Notes under the pieces: generated by a model | Told to the model about the DNA's origin: nothing | Seen by the model: the letters and a program-made list of their open reading frames with translations, nothing else | The model's database searches: none | Made by a program: the position numbers and the translations under genes | NCBI GenBank assembly: GCA_017470245.1 | Contig: JAFUEV010000044.1 | Coordinates: 51,904 to 115,903 of the forward strand | Direction of reading: 5' to 3' | DNA: 64,000 bases | Source: a bacterium | Lineage (GTDB): Bacteria; Cyanobacteriota; Vampirovibrionia; Gastranaerophilales; Gastranaerophilaceae | In this document: positions 1-7,709 of the stretch, piece by piece | How the letters are laid out: each line of letters begins with the position of its first letter | Numbering within the stretch: position 1 is the first letter of the stretch

Positions 1-2113
1 TTGTGTTCGTGCAATCTTTAGTACCGTCAATACCCCAAACAGGAATATTAACTCGGCTTAATGCGCTGCTTCCCGGATCATAACCTGATAACAATAGAGC
101 TCTGCTATAGAAATGGTCATCATTGTTAGCTGCCATGTTTATTGCACCTGCAGCACCCATCGAGTGACCTGCTATTACAATGTTATTCTTATCAATTGCA
201 TGGTCTTGACTAAATGAATTAACAAAATTCTTAATTTTATTAGATTTATCTTTCCAATTCTTGTTTGGAGTTTGTGGCATTATAATATAACCATTAAAGT
301 TAAGTTCATTATTATTTAGCATTTTAACTAAACTTCCTGAATTTAGGTCGCTGATTTTTGAACCAGTTTCACCTGTGCCGTGCAGATATACCATCGCAGG
401 TAACGGTTTGCTGAAATCTGCACCTTTTGGTGCATATACAACATAGTTCATACCGTCAACGCCTTTATATTCCATTTTTTCATATCCTGCATTTGTAAAT
501 AAATCAGGAGTTGTTGAATATTTATTCTTTATTTCATTATTGTCTAAATTATTGATAGCCTGTTTGACTTCATTAACTCTGGTTTGTGCAGCATCAATAG
601 CACTTTGTGCTTCTACTTTTAAGGTTTCTTTCTTCGTATCCATTGCCTGTTTTGCATCATTATATGTTTTCATTAATTCTGCTACTTCAGGATGATCTGT
701 TTTAATTTTTTCTTCTAGAGTTGTTTTATCTGATTTTAATTTCTCAAGTCCGTTTGCGCCGGTTTTTAATTCTGTTAATTCACCTTCTAATGTAGTTAAT
801 TTATTTTCTTGTTCTTCTACATTTCTTTTTGCTTCAGCTTCTTCTTCTTCTGCTGCTGTTAACTCAGCTTTTGCATCTGCAATTTTTGATGCTAAACTAC
901 TTTTTTGCTCAGCATCCATTGATGAAGTATCTTGTGATTCCAAAGCAGAAATAGAGTCTTTCAATGTCCTGACTTTTGAAGATGCAGCGTCGTATGTATT
1001 CTTTGCATCAGCTATAGTAGTTTTTTGATTTGATATATCTTGTTCTTTTTGAGAAATTTCTGTTTCTTTTGTATTTATATCGCCTACAATTTTATCAAGT
1101 TGTTCAGCTATTTCGGGGTCTTTTTCTTTTAATGCTGCTTGATATGCTTGATATGCATCATCGCTTTTTGTTTTTAAATCTGCAATTTCAGAATTTGAAC
1201 CGTCTAGAATTGACGATAAATCTGCTTTTTTTGAATCCAAATCAGAATTTGCAGTATTTAATTCACTGTTTAATTCTTCTTTGGTCATATTATCAAGAGA
1301 TTTCGGTTGTGCTGCATCATTGCTTTCAGGTGTTGAACTATCATAGGAATCTCCGCTTGAACCGCCTGACGAACCGCTACTTCCGGATGAGCCGCTGGCA
1401 CCTGATGCTCCTGAGACTCCTCCGCTTGCATCAGTAGCACCTGTTGCAGCTTCTGACGGTAATTCTTGAATTGGTTCTTCCGATGCTGCAGGTGTTTCTG
1501 CTTCTGGTGTTGCATTCATGTTGAAGGTGCCGTCATTTATTGCATTTATTGTTGAAAATAAATCTTCAATTGAAACATCATCTTTATTTCCGTCAAAATC
1601 TTTTATATAGTTTAAGAAGTTATTTAATTCTTTTTCGTCAACATCTCCACTTTTATCTGCATCTACTGTGCTTTTAAATGTTTCATCATTAAATAAATTC
1701 TGAAGCATTCCGTTTAAGATGTCTTGATTTTGTGCTTGCTCTGCTGATTGAGCATCTTGTTGAGTTTGTCCGTCTTGTTGTGCTTGGTCAGCCTGTTGTG
1801 CTGTTTGGTCTGCTTGTTGTGATTCTGCTTCTGCACTTGACGGAGTATTCCCATCTTGATATTCTGAAGACTCTGTTAATTTGCCGTCTTCTACGTTCAT
1901 TTTCATAATGTCTGTTATTGACATTGAAACTAATGAACAATCATTTATATTGAGCTCTTGCTTTAAAAATTCTTTAAATTCTTTAGCGTGTGAAAAAACG
2001 CTAAATTTGGCAATGTTCGCATCTGTTGTCGGTTTTTGCCCCTGCGTTTGTTCTTGACCGCTTGTCTCTTGTAAGTAAGATAAAAATTTTAATGCCAAAT
2101 CCGAAAAATTCAT
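1..2113 (-). CDS. Large modular protein whose 3' end runs off the window (>=704 aa). It has an N-terminal region, an EF-hand-like Ca-binding pair, a Ser/Gly linker, a ~300-aa coiled coil and a C-terminal alpha/beta-hydrolase (esterase/lipase type).
   Basis: Absent from the supplied ORF track because there is no stop inside the window. I translated the minus strand codon by codon from the ATG at 2113..2111 (MNFSDLALKFLSYLQETSG...) down to position 2 and met no stop. EF-hand-type loops are DADKSGDVDEKE (1628..1663) and DFDGNKDDVSIE (1565..1600). The linker is GASGASGSSGSSGSSGGSSG, followed by a long K/E/A/L heptad-like region. The C-terminus has LPAMVYLHGTGETG and the nucleophile elbow IAGHSMGA (Ser codon 161..163). 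Confidence 0.8.
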   Translation of the reverse strand, partial: MNFSDLALKFLSYLQETSGQEQTQGQKPTTDANIAKFSVFSHAKEFKEFLKQELNINDCSLVSMSITDIMKMNVEDGKLTESSEYQDGNTPSSAEAESQQADQTAQQADQAQQDGQTQQDAQSAEQAQNQDILNGMLQNLFNDETFKSTVDADKSGDVDEKELNNFLNYIKDFDGNKDDVSIEDLFSTINAINDGTFNMNATPEAETPAASEEPIQELPSEAATGATDASGGVSGASGASGSSGSSGSSGGSSGDSYDSSTPESNDAAQPKSLDNMTKEELNSELNTANSDLDSKKADLSSILDGSNSEIADLKTKSDDAYQAYQAALKEKDPEIAEQLDKIVGDINTKETEISQKEQDISNQKTTIADAKNTYDAASSKVRTLKDSISALESQDTSSMDAEQKSSLASKIADAKAELTAAEEEEAEAKRNVEEQENKLTTLEGELTELKTGANGLEKLKSDKTTLEEKIKTDHPEVAELMKTYNDAKQAMDTKKETLKVEAQSAIDAAQTRVNEVKQAINNLDNNEIKNKYSTTPDLFTNAGYEKMEYKGVDGMNYVVYAPKGADFSKPLPAMVYLHGTGETGSKISDLNSGSLVKMLNNNELNFNGYIIMPQTPNKNWKDKSNKIKNFVNSFSQDHAIDKNNIVIAGHSMGAAGAINMAANNDDHFYSRALLLSGYDPGSSALSRVNIPVWGIDGTKDCTNT

Positions 2114-2203
2114 TTTTCTCTCTATTTATCCTAAATATTAATATCCATATATATTAAAAAAATTTTTATATAAAAAGTGCCTCTTTGTAAATTTTATTAA
2201 CAT

Positions 2204-3010
2204 TTATTTTAACATCAAAAATGATTTTAATTTTCTTCCTTGTCCTGCTTCTTCAGATATTATATGTAATTCTTGAGAATCGAATGATGTAGAACCTCCC
2301 CCATCAAAGGCCATAGCTTTTTCCATATTCCATTTTTTAGTTAGATTAGATACTTCTTCCAACGTCATAGGATTTTCACCTGTAATTATAAATATATAGA
2401 CTTTATTTTGTTTTATTCCTATAGCTGTTCTTGCGTATTTATGCAGACATGATGCTGATTCACTAATTAATACACCGTCACGTTGCAGTACAAAAAATTC
2501 TTCAGCTAATCTTAATTCCGGATATAACATAGGTCCTGCCTGAATAGCGTGTTTTAATTTATATTCAACGGGTACCCTTGTACTATGAGGGCAAATGTCA
2601 TAATGATATTTACCTTTTACATCTTCATATATTCTAAATTCACTTCTGTTCAAAATCTTACTCATATAAGGTTCAAGTGCTTTATTACTCATTAAATTCT
2701 CGTTATTAGTCGGATTTAGTAATATACGTCCGTCTTTTGTAACATAAGAAACCGTTTGATGATTTTTAGGGTCAAAGAATCCTGCATTTACTATAAATAG
2801 GGGTTTTAATTGTTTGTATAAAGCTCCATTTGTTTCCAAAGAAGAAACTACAACAGGCTCAAGCTTATATTTTTTGTTGTGTGTATTAACTTCAACTATA
2901 TAAACACCTTTTGGATCTTGTATTATTTTATATGGACTAGATGCTTCTGCTTTAACATTTGTCAGACAAAATATAATGGTTAATATCAATAAGTAAAATA
3001 TTTTTTTCAT
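2204..3010 (-). CDS. Secreted phosphodiester glycosidase family protein (DUF2233/NAGPA-like)
   Basis: 268-aa ORF with the signal peptide MKKIFYLLILTIIFCLTNVKAEA. It has the family-typical motifs FIVNAGFFDP and AMAFDGGGSTSF. Its start overlaps the upstream stop by 1 nt (TAATG), so it is in the lpt operon. Confidence 0.6.
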   Translation of the reverse strand: MKKIFYLLILTIIFCLTNVKAEASSPYKIIQDPKGVYIVEVNTHNKKYKLEPVVVSSLETNGALYKQLKPLFIVNAGFFDPKNHQTVSYVTKDGRILLNPTNNENLMSNKALEPYMSKILNRSEFRIYEDVKGKYHYDICPHSTRVPVEYKLKHAIQAGPMLYPELRLAEEFFVLQRDGVLISESASCLHKYARTAIGIKQNKVYIFIITGENPMTLEEVSNLTKKWNMEKAMAFDGGGSTSFDSQELHIISEEAGQGRKLKSFLMLK

Positions 3011-4116
3011 TATAAATCCTTCATTTTTTTAAGAGTAATAATTAAGATTATTGAAATTGTCGGTGCAATCATTGATGTAATCCACGGTGATAATACATCT
3101 TTTTCTGCCAATAAATCAAAAAACGGAATTGTTATGTAATAACCGAAAATTATCCCAACAGCTATCAACATTCCGATAAATTTTTGTTCCCTTGGTTTTG
3201 AAAATCCCAGAAGGCATCCTAAAATTGCAAAAATAATGCACATAAAGGAGTGAACATAGCGTTGAATATATTTATTTAACATAAATCTGTATTCATCATC
3301 CATTTGTTCTTTCTTTAATAGTTTTATATATTCACTAATTTGAGGATTTGTAAGCTCTCTGTCTCTGTTAACTGAATATTTCATTAATTTGTATGCATTA
3401 ACAGCACTTTCTCCTTCTAATATTTTTAATTCATTAACCTCTACGATATCTTTAAAAATTCCTTCTTTTGATATCAGGTATTTTTTTGCATTATTAATTG
3501 TCCAATCAGAATGGTTGTATTTTACATAATCAGAAACAACGATACTTGATAGAAGACTGTCACCTTTTTCTTGTTCGTGGTTATAAAAATTTAAAACAAT
3601 AACGTCTTTTATATAATTTTCGTCAAAATTTGGAACAATAATGATTTTATCCATTGCTCCACTTTTATGTTTTACGGGAAAAACAAATTGTGATACATTA
3701 TTGTCATCTTTTATCTCTTTTAATTTTATAGCAGATGCAGGTAATAATTTTGAACCTACAATAAAGGTGAATCCTGTTGCGAAAACGCTTAAAACTATAA
3801 CCGAGGCAATAATTCTAAAAAAAGGAAAACCTGAACCCCGCATTACTGTTATTTCAAAATCTTTACTTAATTTTTCAAAACATAGAATGGTTCCCAACAA
3901 CATACCAACAGGCATAGCAATATTTAGCACCTTAGGTAATTCGCATAATAGTACAGAAATTGCCATTTCAATAGTATATGAACCGTTAATCGTTCTTTGT
4001 ACTGTCTTTAACAGTATTTCAGGCATTATCCAAATTATCATAAAAATAAATATACATGCAAAACATGTCAGAAATACTTGAGAAAATATGTATCTATCCA
4101 GTAATTTAATTTTCAT
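3010..4116 (-). CDS. LptF/LptG family LPS export permease (YjgP/YjgQ)
   Basis: 368 aa. The N-terminus LLDRYIFSQVFLTCFACIFIF is typical of the family. It has 3+3 TM segments around a large periplasmic insert and is translationally coupled to lptB by a 1-nt overlap. Confidence 0.8.
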   Translation of the reverse strand: MKIKLLDRYIFSQVFLTCFACIFIFMIIWIMPEILLKTVQRTINGSYTIEMAISVLLCELPKVLNIAMPVGMLLGTILCFEKLSKDFEITVMRGSGFPFFRIIASVIVLSVFATGFTFIVGSKLLPASAIKLKEIKDDNNVSQFVFPVKHKSGAMDKIIIVPNFDENYIKDVIVLNFYNHEQEKGDSLLSSIVVSDYVKYNHSDWTINNAKKYLISKEGIFKDIVEVNELKILEGESAVNAYKLMKYSVNRDRELTNPQISEYIKLLKKEQMDDEYRFMLNKYIQRYVHSFMCIIFAILGCLLGFSKPREQKFIGMLIAVGIIFGYYITIPFFDLLAEKDVLSPWITSMIAPTISIILIITLKKMKDL

Positions 4117-4838
4117 TAAAGTGAAAAATCCTTTCCTAAATAGAATTGTTTTGCTATTTCATCATTTGCAATTTTATCTCTGCTGCCTTCAATTTTTATT
4201 TTCCCGTCAAAAATTACGTAGGCTCTATCAGTTATAGATAGGGTTGCTTTTGGGTTGTGGTCTGTTATCAATACCCCTAATCCTTTATTAGCAAGAATTT
4301 TTATATTATCTTTAATTTCCCCGATTGCAATTGGGTCAATGCCTGCAAATGGTTCATCTAGAAGAATAAATTCAGGGCTTGCCGCAAGTGCTCTTGCAAT
4401 TTCAACTCTTCTTCTTTCACCGCCTGATAGCGAAACAGCAGAAGTGTCACGCAATTTCTTTATTCTAAATTCTTCAAGAAGTTCCTCAAGCTTATCTTTT
4501 TTTTCTTGTTTATTTAGTTTCTCATTAAGTTCTAATACCAGTTTTATGTTATCTTCAACTGTAAGTTTTCTGAATATTGATGCTTCTTGAGGCAAATAAC
4601 CGATACCGTGTTTTGCTCTTTTATCCATAGTCATACCGGTTAAATCGGTATCATCAACATAAATTCTACCTCTATTAGGTCTTATTAGTCCGACAACCAT
4701 ATAAAATGTTGTTGTCTTCCCTGCTCCATTTGGACCTAACAGTCCTACTACTTCACCCTTGTTAACTTCTATTGATATATCATTTACAACGGTTCTGTCA
4801 TTGTATATTTTTACTAGATGCTCTGCTCTGATTTTCAT
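4116..4838 (-). CDS. lptB: LPS export ABC transporter ATP-binding protein LptB
   Basis: 240 aa. Walker A is GPNGAGKTT, the ABC signature is LSGGERRR and Walker B is FILLDEPFAG. It has the LptB-type C-terminus QFYLGKDFSL. Confidence 0.9.
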   Translation of the reverse strand: MKIRAEHLVKIYNDRTVVNDISIEVNKGEVVGLLGPNGAGKTTTFYMVVGLIRPNRGRIYVDDTDLTGMTMDKRAKHGIGYLPQEASIFRKLTVEDNIKLVLELNEKLNKQEKKDKLEELLEEFRIKKLRDTSAVSLSGGERRRVEIARALAASPEFILLDEPFAGIDPIAIGEIKDNIKILANKGLGVLITDHNPKATLSITDRAYVIFDGKIKIEGSRDKIANDEIAKQFYLGKDFSL

Positions 4839-4900
4839 AAAACCGTACCCCTATCTACTATAACTTTAAATAAAAAAAGGGTTAATGTCAAAATATATTC

Positions 4901-6106
4901 TTATTTTGCAACGCTTTTTATAAAATCTATATATTTAGGCAATAACATTTTTAAATCATAGTTTTGAACAATTGTTTTTCTTGCATTTTCCCCAAGGTAT
5001 TTATATTTATCTTTATTATCTAAAACTTCATTAATTTTTCGTACAAGCTCATTAACATCAAAGAAATCTGTTAATATTCCGTTATATGCGTCTTGCATAA
5101 CTTCTTTAACCGGAGCGGTGTTTGATGCTATAATTGTGCATTTTGCTGCCATCGCTTCTAAAAATGACCAAGAAAGAACAAACGGGTATGTAAGATAAAC
5201 ATGCGCTGTAGATACCTGCAAAATTTTTATATATTCACGATAAATTAAAGAACCGACAAAGTGTAATCTTTTCATATCAAAGTCCAGTTCTCTAAGCATT
5301 TTATTTTTAAATGTATCATTTGCCAGATGTCTTCCATAACAAACTCTGTCATCTCCGCCTATAATTACGTGAAGATTTGGTCGCTGTTTCATTAGTATTG
5401 AAACAGCTTTCATAAATTCTGGAAAACCTCTGTATTCTTCCATTCCTCTTGTTGCATAAGTCAATATTTCATCATTTCTTGTTAAGTTTATATTTGTATT
5501 CGGTATATTAAAAACAACGTTTTCATCAGGTTTACAAATATCAGTATCTATACCTTCATGCATTACTTTTATTTTGTCATAAAAAACAGATGGGAATTGA
5601 GTTTTTTGCCATTGTGTAGGTGAAATACCGTAGTCACAACTGATTAAATCTTGTAATATATGCGAATTTTTAATTTTTAATGATGCTTTTTCATCAACAT
5701 CTAACTGTTTTCCACCGAAATCGACATCCGAATTTACAGGGTTATAGTACCATTCTAAATGTGCTATATAAGGTACATCAGGAAATATTTCTTTAACAAA
5801 AAGTGAGCTACCCCATGAATGACCGTATATTATATCAGGTCTAAAACCCTGCATTTGTAATGCCAGTAAAACTTCTGCCGCAGATTGCCCGTGTATAATG
5901 GTTTCTTCATAAAACCTTAAATACCTGTGACAATCATCCGGTACTTTTCTTTTCAATTTATAAGTATATTTCTTTATATTCCCAAACGTTTTTGTATCTG
6001 CATTGTTTGTTACAAAAACAACTTCGTTGTTTGTATCTTTTGCAAGTTCTGTTGCTAAATATTTGAATTGTGCAGGAAAATTCCTGTGTAAAAATAATAT
6101 TTTCAT
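4901..6106 (-). CDS. Glycosyltransferase, GT4-like (GT-B fold)
   Basis: 401 aa. The C-terminal GT-B donor-binding region is FLEAMAAKCTIIASNTAPVKEVMQDAYNGILTDFFD (EX7E-like). Confidence 0.7.
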   Translation of the reverse strand: MKILFLHRNFPAQFKYLATELAKDTNNEVVFVTNNADTKTFGNIKKYTYKLKRKVPDDCHRYLRFYEETIIHGQSAAEVLLALQMQGFRPDIIYGHSWGSSLFVKEIFPDVPYIAHLEWYYNPVNSDVDFGGKQLDVDEKASLKIKNSHILQDLISCDYGISPTQWQKTQFPSVFYDKIKVMHEGIDTDICKPDENVVFNIPNTNINLTRNDEILTYATRGMEEYRGFPEFMKAVSILMKQRPNLHVIIGGDDRVCYGRHLANDTFKNKMLRELDFDMKRLHFVGSLIYREYIKILQVSTAHVYLTYPFVLSWSFLEAMAAKCTIIASNTAPVKEVMQDAYNGILTDFFDVNELVRKINEVLDNKDKYKYLGENARKTIVQNYDLKMLLPKYIDFIKSVAK

Positions 6107-6143
6107 ATTTTTATGGTAATTGTAAATTTAAAAAAATTCAATA

Positions 6144-7580
6144 TTATTTTTCTTTTTTTAATTTTGTAAAATAAAAGATTAATGTAAATATTATAGTTAG
6201 TGTGATTCCAAGTATTTGAGAATTGTTATAACTTAAACCAAAACCTATTGCTGAATTTAAAATAAAAGTTGAAGTGATATAAAAATAAAATATTCCCGGA
6301 ATTAGTGTAATAAAGAAGTTTTTCTTTGAATTATACAAATAGACGGTTGCATATAAAAATGTCGGTATCGCAATCAGTTGATTAACGAAATTAAAATATC
6401 TCCATACGAGAGTAAAACTTCCGTCATTCATTTTTGCCCAAAGAATTATTGATATTATAATGATAGCAATAGGAATTATTATTATAAGTCTGTTCTTTAT
6501 TTTTGTTTGGTTTAAATTGAATGCATCAGCCAGTATCATTCTTAACCCTCTCAGAGCTGTATCACCAGAGGTTATTGGTAATACAACAACTGCAACGGTA
6601 ACTATGAATGTTAAAATCGGTAAAACAAAAACATCTGCAATTGTATTTATAACATTTACACTTCCTACCATACTGTTAGGAACAAGTTCCAGAGAATAGA
6701 CATGCATTGCTCCTGCAGCCCATATCATTGCTATTAATGATTCTATGCACATCATTCCGTAAAAAACTTTTTTACCTTCTTTTTCACTGTTTATTGTTCT
6801 TGAAATTATTGTTGATTGTGTTGAATGGAATCCGGATAGCAAACCGCAACTGACTGTCATAAAAAACATTGGTAATAAGTGGTGTTTTAATGGATGATTG
6901 TTTATATTCGCAAAATCTATATTCTGTAAATGGATTCCTTTTATAAAAAATCCTAACAAAACCAATCCTGTACCTGTTAACAAAAGCAGTCCGAATAACG
7001 GATAAAATCTTCCAATTATTTTGTCGATTGGAAATAGTGTTGCACAAATATAATATAGAGCAATAACTGAATATAATGCTATTACTATCGGATTATTTAG
7101 TGAAAAGTCAGTTTGCTTAAAAAATCTTTCTGCTGTCAAATCACCTGCAGTATAAACAAATACAGATGCAAGTAACAATAACATTACTGATACAATAATT
7201 ATGAAAAGTTTGTAGTATATTGTGCCAAGATATTTTTTTATTAGTTCTGTTATTTGTGCGCCGTCATTTCTGACAGAAAGCATTCCTGAAAAATAGTCAT
7301 GTACTCCGCCCATAAAAATACATCCTAAAGGAATTAATATAAAAGCTATAGGACCGAATAGTATTCCTTGTATTGCACCAAGTATTGGTCCAAGTCCTGC
7401 AATATTTAATAAATGAATTAACATATTTTTCTTGTTGCTTAACGGAACAAAATCTACTCCATCATTTATTCTTAATGCAGGTGTTTTATTCTCTGTTATT
7501 CCGAATTGTTTTTCTACATACTTTGAATAAAGTATATATCCGACAATAAGTATTAATATTCCTAATAAAAAAGTAATCAT
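6144..7580 (-). CDS. cstA: Carbon starvation protein A (CstA) family transporter
   Basis: 478-aa polytopic membrane protein. It has the CstA-like motifs HLLNIAGLGPILGAIQGILFGP and GFHSTQS. Confidence 0.75.
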   Translation of the reverse strand: MITFLLGILILIVGYILYSKYVEKQFGITENKTPALRINDGVDFVPLSNKKNMLIHLLNIAGLGPILGAIQGILFGPIAFILIPLGCIFMGGVHDYFSGMLSVRNDGAQITELIKKYLGTIYYKLFIIIVSVMLLLLASVFVYTAGDLTAERFFKQTDFSLNNPIVIALYSVIALYYICATLFPIDKIIGRFYPLFGLLLLTGTGLVLLGFFIKGIHLQNIDFANINNHPLKHHLLPMFFMTVSCGLLSGFHSTQSTIISRTINSEKEGKKVFYGMMCIESLIAMIWAAGAMHVYSLELVPNSMVGSVNVINTIADVFVLPILTFIVTVAVVVLPITSGDTALRGLRMILADAFNLNQTKIKNRLIIIIPIAIIIISIILWAKMNDGSFTLVWRYFNFVNQLIAIPTFLYATVYLYNSKKNFFITLIPGIFYFYITSTFILNSAIGFGLSYNNSQILGITLTIIFTLIFYFTKLKKEK

Positions 7581-7709
7581 ATAACAATTATATCACTTAT
7601 ATTTTTTATTTTTGTTTTATTAATTTAGATTAATAAATTTATTTAAAAAAGTAATTTTTTAGTTAAAAAAATACTTTTTATATATGGGTTTGTTTATTGG
7701 AAATTAAAA

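Noticed and set aside
1030-1515. Track ORFs 1030..1437 (+) and 1285..1515 (-)
   Set aside because: Both lie inside the long open minus-strand frame 1..2113 but in other frames. Their products are low-complexity (Leu/Phe/Gln-rich), so they are shadow ORFs of the real gene.
3641-4590. Antisense ORFs such as 3641..4081 (+) and 4255..4590 (+). The same applies to other antisense or out-of-frame track ORFs nested in conserved genes, for example 6460..6699, 11201..11428, 14678..14908, 21492..21764, 29020..29353, 30606..30983, 31109..31429, 33127..33624, 53584..54289 and 58135..58962.
   Set aside because: Each is fully nested opposite, or out of frame with, a gene that has strong family motifs. Their products are compositionally biased with no motifs, which is typical of spurious ORFs in AT-rich DNA.
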